Shown piece after piece: positions 10,292 to 20,802 of a DNA stretch of 64,000 nucleotides (position 1 is the stretch's first letter; each line of letters starts with the position of its first letter). The notes below the pieces were generated by a model. The model had not been told where the DNA came from and searched no databases. It saw only the letters and a list, made by a program, of their open reading frames with translations. The translations under genes and the position numbers were made by a program. The DNA comes from a virus. The stretch lies in IMG/VR virus record IMGVR_UViG_3300045988_109391. One strand, 5' to 3'.

Positions 10292-10580
10292 TAGATATTT
10301 AAAAGTTAAAGAGCTTACTGATAATTTGGAAATAGATGGGATAGTGAGGAAGTACGATGATACTTCCCCATTTATGTATGCAAAAATAGAAGCTATAGAC
10401 CCTAATTGTAGATTAGTTAAAGAATGCCCAGATATTGCAGAAAATCCAGCTAGATATGTAGTTGTATTTAAAAGAGCTACTAAGTTTCCTATTTTAGATG
10501 GTTTTTGTTTACATGAGGATGACATTCTAATGGCTTTAACTAATGAGGAATATAGTAAATATGTATATCAAGTAAAATAG
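10278..10580 (+). CDS. Possible GroES/gp31-like co-chaperonin (tentative)
   Basis: AAGGAG RBS before the ATG at 10278. About 100 aa. The pattern LKVKEL...GIV...AKIEAIDP...YVVVFKR...EDDILMAL loosely follows GroES (...R.lvk....GIvl...g.V.avG...gd.V.f......e.DILa). Confidence 0.3.
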   Translation: MHLLNRYLKVKELTDNLEIDGIVRKYDDTSPFMYAKIEAIDPNCRLVKECPDIAENPARYVVVFKRATKFPILDGFCLHEDDILMALTNEEYSKYVYQVK

Positions 10581-10622
10581 CATATAATTAAATATAGAAA
10601 TTAAGAGGAGGTGAGAAGAGAT

Positions 10623-11219
10623 ATGGCAGATAATGTAGTATCTTTTGAAGAAGCAAAGAAAAAACAAGAAGAATTAGACATGACTGAAGCTCAAATAAAG
10701 GAAGCTATAATCAACGATAATTTACTTAAAATGGCTGTAAGAATAATGACAGGGCATAGGATAGAAGATGAGTCTTTAGATGAAGTAAAATTATTTGAAG
10801 AATATAAAAAAGAAGCCATAAAAAACAAACAAAAATATCAATCTCTTGGAGATATTGATGATAATACAATACAATTTTATTACTCTTTGTTTGATATAGG
10901 TTATAGAACTTTTGGAGCAGCTTTCTTTACAGCTATGGTAAATTCAGTTAATAATGTAGATGTAGTTAAAGATGAAAATGGAGAAGAGAAAGAGATACCT
11001 AATAATAACGTAGTTCATTTTTATAAAGGAACTTGGTCATTAGTAGAAGGTATGAATATGCTTTCTAGTACTCTATATAAATTTAATAAAGAATTATTAG
11101 CATATAAAGCTTTAGAATTAACTGAAGAACAAAAAGCTCAACTTGAAAAAATTAAAAATGAAGCATCTGATTTAGATAAATTAATACAGCAAGAAGCAAG
11201 TAAACTAGACAATAAATAA
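10623..11219 (+). CDS. Hypothetical protein
   Basis: GAGGAGGTGAG RBS; the ATG at 10623 is preferred over the track start. Confidence 0.6.
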   Translation: MADNVVSFEEAKKKQEELDMTEAQIKEAIINDNLLKMAVRIMTGHRIEDESLDEVKLFEEYKKEAIKNKQKYQSLGDIDDNTIQFYYSLFDIGYRTFGAAFFTAMVNSVNNVDVVKDENGEEKEIPNNNVVHFYKGTWSLVEGMNMLSSTLYKFNKELLAYKALELTEEQKAQLEKIKNEASDLDKLIQQEASKLDNK

Positions 11220-11298
11220 CATAGTAATTAATATAGGCAATAAGTCGATAGCGGGTTAGCGATAGACAAATTAGCCGAAAAATTAAAGGAGGAATATT

Positions 11299-12429
11299 AT
11301 GTCAAATCAAAATGAAATGTCTGCAGATTTAGCAGAACAAATTGCAATGTTAGGAGTAGATGTTAATGATGTTATAGCTAATACTTCAAAACCAGAAGCA
11401 GTAGCTGTACCTTATACTCCAGAAAATCCAACTAATGCCGGAATAGTAACTAATACTGTAGCACAACCAGCAGCAAAACCAATAGAAACAGCAGAAACTT
11501 TAAGAGGAGAAGTAGAGTTTGGAACAATTACTAATCAAACTGTAGCAAAACCAGTTCAACAAGTTGTTCAACAACAAGTAAATCAACAAGCATCAGCTCA
11601 AGTTGTTCAACCAACTACTACAACAGTTTCATATCAAACTGTGTCAAAACCAGCTACAGCAGTAGCTCCAAAAGATGATGACGATGAATTAGTTTTTGTT
11701 AATTTAGCTCAGGCTGTTCATACTACACAAACACCGTTCTTAAAATTAAAAGATGATGAGTGGACTCGTATAGCTTTAATAAGATTAGACTATTTAATTC
11801 CAATGAGACTTCATTATCTAGAAGGAATTGGATGGGTGAAATGTTGTTCTAAATATGATGCAAATGGCTTTATGGTAGAACCAGCATTATGTTGTAAAAA
11901 AGTAGTAAATGGAACATTTGTAGATAGACTAGGAGAAGATGGAAAGCCAGTAAAAGCTAAACAAAGATTTTTATTACCAGTGATAGAATACCCAGTAGAT
12001 AGAACTAATGGTAATAAAGTAATTCCAGGCGATACACCTAAGTTAAAAGTTTGGAACTTAAATTATGTTGAAATGGACAATTTAAGAAAAGCTGTTCAAG
12101 GGTGTGCTGATGACCCTAATGACTTAAGCTCAGTAGATTTATCTGCAATAGATTTTAAACTAAACAAAGAAAAATCTGGATTTAAAGTAATTTCAGTTTC
12201 AGTAGCTCCAACAAGCTTAAGAGCTCAATTTGCAGCAGAGATAGATGCAGAAATTAGCAAGCTAAATAATGATTTTCTAAAAACAGCTAGGGATGAAAGC
12301 AGAAGAATAGTAACAGAAGAAACTATCGCTAATATGATGGACTCTAAAGAAGCTATAAATGCTCAAGTAAATAGTGTTATTGAAAATCAAGCTGCATCAA
12401 ATGAGTCAATAGACTCACTTAGTATATAG
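11299..12429 (+). CDS. Hypothetical protein with Gln/Val/Pro-rich N-terminal low-complexity region, CC...CC cluster and acidic C-tail (candidate ssDNA-binding protein, speculative)
   Basis: AAGGAGG RBS; 376 aa. Confidence 0.55.
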   Translation: MSNQNEMSADLAEQIAMLGVDVNDVIANTSKPEAVAVPYTPENPTNAGIVTNTVAQPAAKPIETAETLRGEVEFGTITNQTVAKPVQQVVQQQVNQQASAQVVQPTTTTVSYQTVSKPATAVAPKDDDDELVFVNLAQAVHTTQTPFLKLKDDEWTRIALIRLDYLIPMRLHYLEGIGWVKCCSKYDANGFMVEPALCCKKVVNGTFVDRLGEDGKPVKAKQRFLLPVIEYPVDRTNGNKVIPGDTPKLKVWNLNYVEMDNLRKAVQGCADDPNDLSSVDLSAIDFKLNKEKSGFKVISVSVAPTSLRAQFAAEIDAEISKLNNDFLKTARDESRRIVTEETIANMMDSKEAINAQVNSVIENQAASNESIDSLSI

Positions 12430-12487
12430 CGTAAAGAGAAGGTGCTACCTTCTCTAATTTTTATATTTTTAAAAGGAGATGATTTTA

Positions 12488-12973
12488 ATGTCATTAGAAT
12501 TAATTTTAATTATTATTTTATTTTTTCTATTTTTAGCTTTCATTTTATTATCTATGAAATACTTAGATTTAAAAAATGATTATATCGAAATAGATGAAAT
12601 ATTAAATGAATACTATGAAGAGATGACAGTGCTAAAAGATACAAATAAAAGATATCAAGATAATATCGATGTTTTTTTAAATCATAACTATGCATCAATA
12701 GAAGAGATAGAAAAAATGCTTAGAGTAATATCTAACTCTTATTCTGTTTCAAATTCTAATAAACTAACTTTATTAAAATTACTATTTATAACATTAAATA
12801 GTTCACCAGACACCGGAATAAAAGATTTAAGAATTAATAGTAATGAGTCTATTAGTAAAACTATAGATATTATAAAAAGTAAACTTGAAGGAGATACTAA
12901 CATTACTGATAGAGAAGCGGGAAATGCAATACTAGCCTTAATTTTCCATACTCCAAAGTCTAGAAACAATTAA
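12488..12973 (+). CDS. Membrane-anchored hypothetical protein
   Basis: N-terminal TM segment LELILIIILFFLFLAFILL. The start is ambiguous (12479 or 12488). Confidence 0.55.
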   Translation: MSLELILIIILFFLFLAFILLSMKYLDLKNDYIEIDEILNEYYEEMTVLKDTNKRYQDNIDVFLNHNYASIEEIEKMLRVISNSYSVSNSNKLTLLKLLFITLNSSPDTGIKDLRINSNESISKTIDIIKSKLEGDTNITDREAGNAILALIFHTPKSRNN

Positions 12974-12978
12974 CGAGA

Positions 12979-12994
12979 ATGACACTAGAGTCAT
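12979..12994. repeat. Intergenic repeat, palindromic core ATGACACTAGAGTCAT
   Basis: The upstream stop codon is embedded as TAACGAGAATGAC..., the same junction as at 22771 and 36953. Confidence 0.6.
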
Positions 12995-13036
12995 TTTCTA
13001 CTTAAAATAATATAACTATATATCTAAAAATTAATG

Positions 13037-13067
13037 AAAGTACCACATAAATGGTACTTTTGTTGTT
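13037..13067 (+). terminator. Rho-independent terminator
   Basis: Stem AAAGTACCA / TGGTACTTT with a 6-nt loop and a T-rich tail. Confidence 0.65.
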
Positions 13068-13080
13068 ATATTTAAGCTTT

Positions 13081-13097
13081 AATATATTATATTAGGA
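13081..13097 (+). promoter_or_regulatory. Phage-type promoter motif AATATATTATATTAGGA
   Basis: Exact copy of the motifs at 21683 and 26894. It lies ~30 nt upstream of the fibre gene start. Confidence 0.55.
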
Positions 13098-13126
13098 ACT
13101 TAAAACGAAAGGAGAAGAGATGAGAT

Positions 13127-14092
13127 ATGTCACTTCCAACTTTTAACTTTTTATATATTAAAGCTGGTACAGGTAAAACTGGTACAAGTGGTGATAGATT
13201 AGAACAAGACTGGAAATATAACTTTGATTTAATAAAATCTTTGCTATCTGATGTAGACTTAGATTTAAGCAAAAAGATTACTTCTAATGAAATACAACAA
13301 ATAAAAGTAGAAGATGGTATTGCTTACTTTACTACTGATAATGGAGCTTCTTGGACATCACTAGGCCCTAGCTTTGCTAATTTAGCTGGTAACCCAGATG
13401 ATAATGCAGCTTTAGTAGAAAAATTTAGAAATTATACTACTTTGGTAGATTTTACAGCGTTAGCTGATAGAACTACCCAAGCTGAGAACAATATATCTAT
13501 CTTGCAAACTACTACTGAACTATTAAGCACAGATGTAGATTTATTAAAAACTGAAGTTGAAGACCCTGCTACTGGTGTAATAGCTAGAGTAGTTACTTTA
13601 GAGAAAGATATGAAGCAAAAAATAACTAGTAAATCAGTAGTAGAAATAAGAGAAAGAGCAGAAGGCTTATTAGAGTACACAGATGATGGAACAAACTGGC
13701 ATCCAGTCGCAGCCGCTACTGGAGTAGAATGGGGAGAAATTTTAGGAGATATAAACAATCAAGCAGATTTAAAATTATTATTTGATAATATGAATGACTT
13801 AATTACTCAATTAAATACTTCTTTAAGCCAAACTTCTGCAGATTTAACAGAGCATACTTCTAATTATGATAATCCTCATAATGTAACTCCTGAACAGCTA
13901 GGCCTAGGGAGCGTAGATAATACACCTGACGCAGATAAACCTGTATCTACACCTCAACAAGTAGCTATTAATCAAGCAGCATCTTCTGCAGCTTCTGGAT
14001 TAAAGATAGTAGCTTTAACTAAAGCTCAGTACGAAGCATTGACTACAAAGGATGCAACTACTAATTATAGAATAATAGATATAAATCAATAG
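13127..14092 (+). CDS. Tail fibre protein
   Basis: DNPHNVTPEQLGLGSVDNTPDADKPVSTPQQVAIN is the widespread tail-fibre NPH.VT..QvGLg.VdNt.D.dKPvS motif. There are also coiled-coil segments. Confidence 0.6.
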   Translation: MSLPTFNFLYIKAGTGKTGTSGDRLEQDWKYNFDLIKSLLSDVDLDLSKKITSNEIQQIKVEDGIAYFTTDNGASWTSLGPSFANLAGNPDDNAALVEKFRNYTTLVDFTALADRTTQAENNISILQTTTELLSTDVDLLKTEVEDPATGVIARVVTLEKDMKQKITSKSVVEIRERAEGLLEYTDDGTNWHPVAAATGVEWGEILGDINNQADLKLLFDNMNDLITQLNTSLSQTSADLTEHTSNYDNPHNVTPEQLGLGSVDNTPDADKPVSTPQQVAINQAASSAASGLKIVALTKAQYEALTTKDATTNYRIIDINQ

Positions 14093-14108
14093 AAAGGAGA
14101 GATATAAA

Positions 14109-14669
14109 ATGCCATCTGTTTGCACATTAAAAGCTCGACAGAGACAAATGCTGGAATTTATGGAAGACGCAAAAGCTTATAGATTTATAGCTTTAGGAAG
14201 AAGTACAGCTTGGCCAGATGATATACATCCGCCAGTTCCAGATGATAAAAAACAAGAACTAGAAGAATTAATAGGACTACAAAGAGTAGATTACTATAAA
14301 TACGCTAAAGTAATTCCTAACCCAACTACTTTAGACAAGAGAGTTGGAGTATATTATAAAGGATTATACTATAACGTAACCCAAGATGTAAACATAGCTA
14401 TAGCAGAAGGTTATACAGATGTAATGATAGGAATAACATTTGATAGAGATACTTGTCCTGCTATACCAGTTGGAGTAGCGTTTAGACAGTTAGGATTATA
14501 TGACTCTGTAACTGCAACTCCAGACGAAATAAAATACGGAATAACTGCAGCTCAATGGGCTAATAAGCCAGCTTCTGAAAAAGGAACACTTGTGTTTATT
14601 GACAACAGAAGTCCGATAGTAAGAGCAGACGACCAAATCGAAGTCGTATATACATTAATCTCATTTTAG
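14109..14669 (+). CDS. Hypothetical structural-module protein
   Basis: AAGGAGAG RBS; embedded in the fibre/baseplate block. Confidence 0.55.
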   Translation: MPSVCTLKARQRQMLEFMEDAKAYRFIALGRSTAWPDDIHPPVPDDKKQELEELIGLQRVDYYKYAKVIPNPTTLDKRVGVYYKGLYYNVTQDVNIAIAEGYTDVMIGITFDRDTCPAIPVGVAFRQLGLYDSVTATPDEIKYGITAAQWANKPASEKGTLVFIDNRSPIVRADDQIEVVYTLISF

Positions 14670-14775
14670 AGTATTAGAGTACCAATAACTTCATAAATAT
14701 CAATTAAAATATTAATAATATTTCTTGGTCTAACTTTAATAAATATTTAAGATATTATTAGAAAGGAGAAAATAA

Positions 14776-16848
14776 ATGATAGACTGGAAAAAACTAGATG
14801 TAAATACAAATACCAGGCAATTAATAGAGAATTTTAATACTAATGCTTATGGCTCTGAGTTTATAGACCATGTAGTTGGAACTATTATGAATAACGGTTT
14901 ATTATTTACTGGAAAAGAAACCGTAGAAGGTGCATTAGTATTTCCACTTAAAAAGGTAGACTTGTCTGGAGTAGTTCAATCTAATACTATATTTGATAAC
15001 ATTAGAATGTATTTCAGAGAAGATGATGAAGTAGTAGAATTGAATGAATTTCCTGTAGATTTAACTTTATTCAATGATAACTTGCCTCATTTTTTGTATT
15101 TCAAAAAAGATAGAACATATAGAGTTTCCGATTATATGTTTGGTCAAGCTGATGAAGTACTTATTTGTAGATTTATAATAAACAAAGATAGTACTTGGAA
15201 CCAAATGTATATCATGGCTCAAAGAGCTGGAACTCCAAATTACTATGCTGGAGAAGAGTTCTATAATGTAGAAGGAATATATTTAAAGAGCCCTGGCGGA
15301 TTAGAAATATCTCATGCAGAAGGTAATGTAAAACGTAGTGCTATAGAGTTTAACGACCCATATAGCCCAGATATGCATAGAGATTATTCTAACGCTATAA
15401 CTAGAATGCCAGTAAGATATACTGATTTAAGAAATCAAATAGATTATAACTTAGAACCAGCATATAATTTAGACCCAAATCATTACATGTCTTATGATGA
15501 AAATTCTAAGAAAAAATATAATGCTCAAGAAAGAATAAGAAATTTATTTAATGCTTCTTATAATATTATAAAGTATTCTAATGAAGCTGCTGATAGTTTA
15601 AAACATGCTATGACTATTACTACTGAGCAAAAGGATTTAAAAGCTATAGTTCAATCATACTTAAATTACACAAATAGTATTTATATTATGGCTGGTGAAT
15701 TAGCTTCTTATTTGAATAATAATGATTGCTTTAAATCTATAGATTTGAAAAGACTAAATAGTAATATTACTGCATATACCAATTATGTAAACACTAAAAT
15801 AAATTTATCAGTAGTTACTGGAGCTGTAGTAACAGCTATTAGAGATTGTGCATATCTTGTAGAAGTTGGAAAGCCTACAGTATGTGCAGACCCATTAAAA
15901 TCAGTGTTAAATACTTTAGAAAATGAAATTGCCAAACTAACTATAAGCCCAGGAAAACTATATGATGTTCCAGAAGGAAAATTCACTATTCAAAGGGTTT
16001 TATGGGACATATATGAAGATTGCTTTATTCTTCAATACGGAGATACTTTGTTTGATAACTTAGATGCAGCTTTAGAGATGGTAGCCGAAGTACTATACCC
16101 AGTTCCTTTTGGAAGATTAATGTACATTCCACTAGGACTATTTGTAGTAAAACAAGGATGTACAGATATTAATAAAGATGATGAAAGCATTCTTATAAGT
16201 AAGAAATCTACTTACGCAGATAGCTCACAAGAAGATTTTGCAGATTACGTTGCAAGAGCAATGGCATCTAAAGCTTTAAAATACATATATGAAATACTTG
16301 ATGGAACTACTGCAGTAGGAAAAGCAGACTCACTAAAACATACTGATTTAGCTACTGGAACTAAGACAGAATATGATGATGGAGATTTCTTTTTAAATTA
16401 TGATAACTTAAGAAATAAAATAACTGTAGTAAATAACTTAACCACAAATATTCATGACTCTAAGAAAGCTTTATCAGCTTATCAAGGCTATGTATTAAAT
16501 CAAAATAAATTAGCAAGAGATGGAAGTCAGCCAATGACTGGAACTTTACAAGCTCAAACAATAACTCCAGTTACAAACAATACATATAATTTAGGCTCTT
16601 CAGATTTAAGATGGAAAAATATTTATTCTAAAGGATTAGATGTAGATGGCTCAGCTACTATATCTGGAAATACTACTATAAAAGGTGGCTTGACTGTTTC
16701 TGGAGAATTAAAATCATCTGATGGTGGAAAATACGTAGTGACTGGTCCAACAGCATTTACAGCTGTAAGATTAGAAGCTAATTCTAAAGCTACTATAGAG
16801 AGTAATTGGAGTAAATTCCAAAACGGAACAGTAGCAGTATGTTGGTAG
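14776..16848 (+). CDS. Tail fibre / baseplate-attached fibre protein (690 aa)
   Basis: The C-terminal GSSDLRWKNIYSKGLDVDGSATISGNTTIKGGLTVSG is typical of fibre shaft or tip segments. Confidence 0.5.
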   Translation: MIDWKKLDVNTNTRQLIENFNTNAYGSEFIDHVVGTIMNNGLLFTGKETVEGALVFPLKKVDLSGVVQSNTIFDNIRMYFREDDEVVELNEFPVDLTLFNDNLPHFLYFKKDRTYRVSDYMFGQADEVLICRFIINKDSTWNQMYIMAQRAGTPNYYAGEEFYNVEGIYLKSPGGLEISHAEGNVKRSAIEFNDPYSPDMHRDYSNAITRMPVRYTDLRNQIDYNLEPAYNLDPNHYMSYDENSKKKYNAQERIRNLFNASYNIIKYSNEAADSLKHAMTITTEQKDLKAIVQSYLNYTNSIYIMAGELASYLNNNDCFKSIDLKRLNSNITAYTNYVNTKINLSVVTGAVVTAIRDCAYLVEVGKPTVCADPLKSVLNTLENEIAKLTISPGKLYDVPEGKFTIQRVLWDIYEDCFILQYGDTLFDNLDAALEMVAEVLYPVPFGRLMYIPLGLFVVKQGCTDINKDDESILISKKSTYADSSQEDFADYVARAMASKALKYIYEILDGTTAVGKADSLKHTDLATGTKTEYDDGDFFLNYDNLRNKITVVNNLTTNIHDSKKALSAYQGYVLNQNKLARDGSQPMTGTLQAQTITPVTNNTYNLGSSDLRWKNIYSKGLDVDGSATISGNTTIKGGLTVSGELKSSDGGKYVVTGPTAFTAVRLEANSKATIESNWSKFQNGTVAVCW

Positions 16849-16858
16849 GAGGTGTAGC

Positions 16859-17788
16859 ATGCCTAGTATAGAAGTTTATGGTTCAAGTACATATGGTTCA
16901 CATGATAAAATTTGGCATAAAGGTAAAAATACTTCATTCAATACTGTTATGGAAGGTGTCGCTACTCTTACTGCTAATGCATCTGGAGGAGTTATATCAG
17001 GCTCAGTTACTGGTGCTTATACTAAAATGATTAATAGTGGTTGGTATAATTACCCAATAACAGTAAATGTTTTAGTAAACGGCTCAATTGCAGCATCTGT
17101 AACTACTAATGTAAGTTTAAATGGAAGAGGTAAGATAGCTTATTTGAATGGTCCTACTTTTTCTATAAGCTATGACTCAGCTAAAACTATCCAAGTAGAA
17201 TATGCTTGCGGTCAAACTGGAGGATGTACTCAACTTACTTTTAGGCCGTTAGTTGGTAGTATATATTTTGGAGACCCAGACACTCCTCCAACTAATATTA
17301 CTGGAGGAAGAGTATACAATCAAAATGGAGTGGTAAATGGAGATGATAAACCAGACTGGGATTTCTATGTAGATTGGTGGGGAGAGAGTGCAGGAACTCA
17401 TACAATAAACTATTATAATTTAGACATTTACAATGCTGCTGATTTGAACAACCAAGTAGCTGTAGTAGAAAACGTAAAGAAATTTACTAGATATAACTTT
17501 GAGTCTTTATTACCAAAATGTAAAGTAGGAGAAACTTACGCATTTTATGTAAATGCTTTAATAGATAATTCTTACTGGCTTGGAAAAGTTTATATAGGTT
17601 CTATTAAGCTTTATAAAGATGGAATAGTTTGGGTTAAGAATTACTCTAATGGCTCTAAAGTAGAAGCTACGATGGCATATAATAAATATTATACTGATGG
17701 CTCTAAAAAGAAATCTAGATATATTCTCGTTAAAGATATTAGTGGAGCTAAAAGAATAATAGATATGTATACAACTCACTATGAGTAA
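16859..17788 (+). CDS. Hypothetical structural protein (possible receptor-binding/fibre-associated)
   Basis: GGAGGTG RBS; follows the fibre gene with a 10-nt gap. Confidence 0.5.
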   Translation: MPSIEVYGSSTYGSHDKIWHKGKNTSFNTVMEGVATLTANASGGVISGSVTGAYTKMINSGWYNYPITVNVLVNGSIAASVTTNVSLNGRGKIAYLNGPTFSISYDSAKTIQVEYACGQTGGCTQLTFRPLVGSIYFGDPDTPPTNITGGRVYNQNGVVNGDDKPDWDFYVDWWGESAGTHTINYYNLDIYNAADLNNQVAVVENVKKFTRYNFESLLPKCKVGETYAFYVNALIDNSYWLGKVYIGSIKLYKDGIVWVKNYSNGSKVEATMAYNKYYTDGSKKKSRYILVKDISGAKRIIDMYTTHYE

Positions 17789-17808
17789 ATTATAAAGGAG
17801 GAAATTTT

Positions 17809-18231
17809 ATGATAAGCTTTAAAGCAGATGTAGATTTAGATAATGGAGCTAAAGCTACAGAATTTATTATTAGTAACTTAAATATTTCTACTAATGAAAT
17901 TATAGCAATTGTAGAAGGATTTGTTAATGAAGATAAGAAAAAAGAGTCTTTCAAAAAATCTGACTTAATAAAAGAACAAGCTAAAGTTGCACAAGAATTT
18001 CAAGAGCTAAGTCAAAATTCAGAAGAAATGACAGAGGAGAAGAGACTTAGATTAGTAGAACTTCAAGATATTGTAAATACAATGTATGAAGAAATAACTA
18101 AATTATTAGACCATAACGAATTTGTAGTATTCAAGAAAAGTTATCATATTCCATATGTAGAGAAGATAACTTCAGAATATTTAATAGAAGAAATAATGAA
18201 GCAAAAGGAATTTAATACGAAAGGAGAATAG
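17809..18231 (+). CDS. Hypothetical protein (possible fibre assembly factor)
   Basis: AAGGAGG RBS; lies between fibre genes. Confidence 0.5.
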   Translation: MISFKADVDLDNGAKATEFIISNLNISTNEIIAIVEGFVNEDKKKESFKKSDLIKEQAKVAQEFQELSQNSEEMTEEKRLRLVELQDIVNTMYEEITKLLDHNEFVVFKKSYHIPYVEKITSEYLIEEIMKQKEFNTKGE

Positions 18232-18236
18232 TATAA

Positions 18237-20802
18237 ATGATTGATATACTTGGAGACAAACGTGTATTAGATTACTTAGTAACAGAGGGTGGTACGTCTA
18301 CTGCACGTACTATTTCTTTATATAAAGTAACTTCTTTAAGTGAATTAACTAATTTTATAGTACTAGTAAAAGCTAGTTCAGCAGGACAAGCTGCAGCTAC
18401 TACTATTAAAATAAACAATTTAGACGCTAAGTCTTTAAAATTAAATGTTAATGGGGCAAAAGTTACACCAGATTATGAATGGGTTGGAGCAGGAGAAATC
18501 TATGCTTTAACATATGATGGTGAAGACTTTGTTGCATTTCCAATAAATAGTAAATCTAGCTCTCCCTCTACTAGCTCAGAATTTTTTGACATACCAGAAG
18601 AAATTGTTAACTTAACTACGTCATCTACAGCAGAAGAGATAGCTACAGCTTTAGGCGGTAATGACTATGAGCAATTGATGGTATCTGCTATAGCAAATAA
18701 TGTTCCTTGTAGAGTAACAGGTTCTGAAGGTTCAGCTAGTGGTTTTTATATTGTAATACGACAAGACGATGTTAATAGTAGTGATGCCAGTTATCAAGAA
18801 TTGTATATAGTTTGTAGTGTAGAGCCAAATAATATTATTAATGAGACTACGGGCGAAGCTACACGGTACATTAATAGTTTTTATTATTAAGCTAGAAGTA
18901 AATAGAGAAACTTATCTTTATACTAAGGTAAATAAAACTTATTTAGTTGGAGTAGGCGCAGGCTCAACTGCAGATGCAGCTACTAAACAATATGTAGATG
19001 ACCATACTGCAGAAACTATTTTAACTACTGGAGTAAATTCATTTACATATACAATATATAACTGGGATGGAGTAAGCTCAGTTTCTGCAGAAGATTATGA
19101 GAATTGGGTTACTAATGCAGAAAAAGCTTTAATATATAATGAGAATGAGCAAAGACACTATGCTATATCTAAGAGAGATGTATATATGGGTTCAGATATT
19201 GGCACTGTAAGTTATCTTTTCTTAATAGGAGATATAGTTGGATTTGAACCTAAATATGATAGTGACCATAAAGCAACTAGCGTTGGATTAAAATCTACAA
19301 TGTATCAAATACAACCCAATGGAAGTTTTAGAAAAATTGTATCTAGAAATGCAGATACTTCTGACGCTGGAGTAGAAGAATTAACCTTTGTACCTGCGTC
19401 TTACTTTAAAACTGAAGTGTCTAATTTAACCTCTATTGGAGCATATGCTAGAAAATCTGTGACAGAGTATAATATTGATAGTCCGAATGATGTTGTTAAT
19501 AGTACTACATATGTAAAAAATTATTATTGCACTAGAAAATCTGACTCTTCGGTTACTGAACTTGGAACAATGCCATTCGCTGAAGGAAACTTCTACTTAG
19601 TAACTAAATTCATCGGTTTAAATAGTGGAAACTCCCCAATGTTATATCAAGAAGCTACTCCACTAGCTAGTAATAATTATAATAGAAATAATACTCTTAA
19701 AAGAATGTGTTCTTGTGCTTTAGATGAAGGAGCATTTTCATTTTATTGGACTCCTTGGTATGGTCCTTTAGAAGAAGCTTATTATGACATCGGTTATCTA
19801 CAAAAAGAAGATGCTAAAGAATATTATTATAAGAAAAAAGGAAGAGAATATACTTGTTCTGACAATATAGGTTATACAGGAACTCCAAACTCTAACAATT
19901 TAAAATATGCTTTAGAGCTTAGAAATCCTGATACTACTAGATTAGTAACATTTGCTTTAGTTAATAAATATCTTAAGTCTAATACTATAGAAGAAAGTAA
20001 TAGTGAAACATCATATAGAGGAGATGAGTTTGCTTCTTTATCATTAACTAATGCAATAGCTGGAAACAATAAAATAATTTCAGGAGAAGCTACTAGTGCT
20101 ACTATTACTTGCTACTCATATAATTTAACTTCTCTTAAAGTTATTTGGAATATATATAATTCATCTGGTGGAGTATCTAGCCAAGAAACAGTAGATGTAA
20201 CTCCAAGTTCTTTCACTACGGGAGATGCAGAGTCTTATGACGTATCATTTACATTTAATAACATTGGAATAGGAAAGTTGTACGTTACCGGAACTACTAG
20301 CTCTGGCGAAACTTATGAGTCAGCAGGACAATCATTTGAAGTAATTCAAGGTGGAGAAGTATGCTTTACAGGAGATACCCCAATATTAACCTCATCTGGA
20401 TTAGTTAACATACAAGATTTAAAAGTAGGAGATAAAGTAATATCATATAATGAAGAAACTAAGCAGAATGAAGAGAAAGCTATTACTAATATAAAATCGC
20501 ATGAAGAATACGATTTATATTATATAATTACTCGTACAGATACAGTAAGATGCACTTATGACCATCCATTCTATATAAAAGACCAAGGAAAAGTTTTATC
20601 TAGAAATCTAAGAGCTGGAGATATCTTAATAGATAAAGATGGTAATGAAAGAAGAATACAATCTATTGCTTACTCGATAGACGATACTGAAACCGTATAT
20701 GATATTGCAGTAGAAGGCAATAATACTTATTACGCAGGTAAAGATAGCATATTAGTATATACAGAGGATGTAACTAAAAATAAGTTTAAGGAGGAAGAAT
20801 GA
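18237..20802 (+). CDS. Large tail fibre protein with C-terminal Hint (intein-like) domain; single gene read with a +1 shift at CGG 18864
   Basis: ORFs 18237-18890 and 18841-20802 join as ...NETTGEAT-GTLIVFIIKLEVNRETYLYTKV.... The N-terminal ~130 aa are paralogous to 22842-23930. Confidence 0.7.
18864..18867 (+). other. In-frame CGG, inferred +1 recoding site (CGGT)
   Basis: Context is aca CGG tac. The zero frame stops 8 codons later. The +1 frame stays open for 645 codons. Confidence 0.75.
20362..20760 (+). other. Hint / bacterial-intein-like domain at the fibre C-terminus
   Basis: CFTGDTPILT matches block A, RCTYDHPFYI matches block B (TxxH), and VYDIAVEGNNTYYA matches block F. The terminal ILVYT replaces the canonical VHN+C/S/T. 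Confidence 0.75.

Noticed and set aside
17788-18240. A -1 slippery-heptamer tail-chaperone frameshift of the lambda G/GT type.
   Set aside because: No XXXYYYZ site with an overlapping downstream ORF was seen in the structural block. All frame changes found are +1 events at CGG.
18841-18863. The ATG at 18841 (MRLRAKL...) as an independent start of the large fibre ORF.
   Set aside because: It has no RBS and lies inside the coding end of 18237. The frame-0 reading up to CGG 18864 and then the +1 frame gives a continuous fibre whose N-module is paralogous to 22842.
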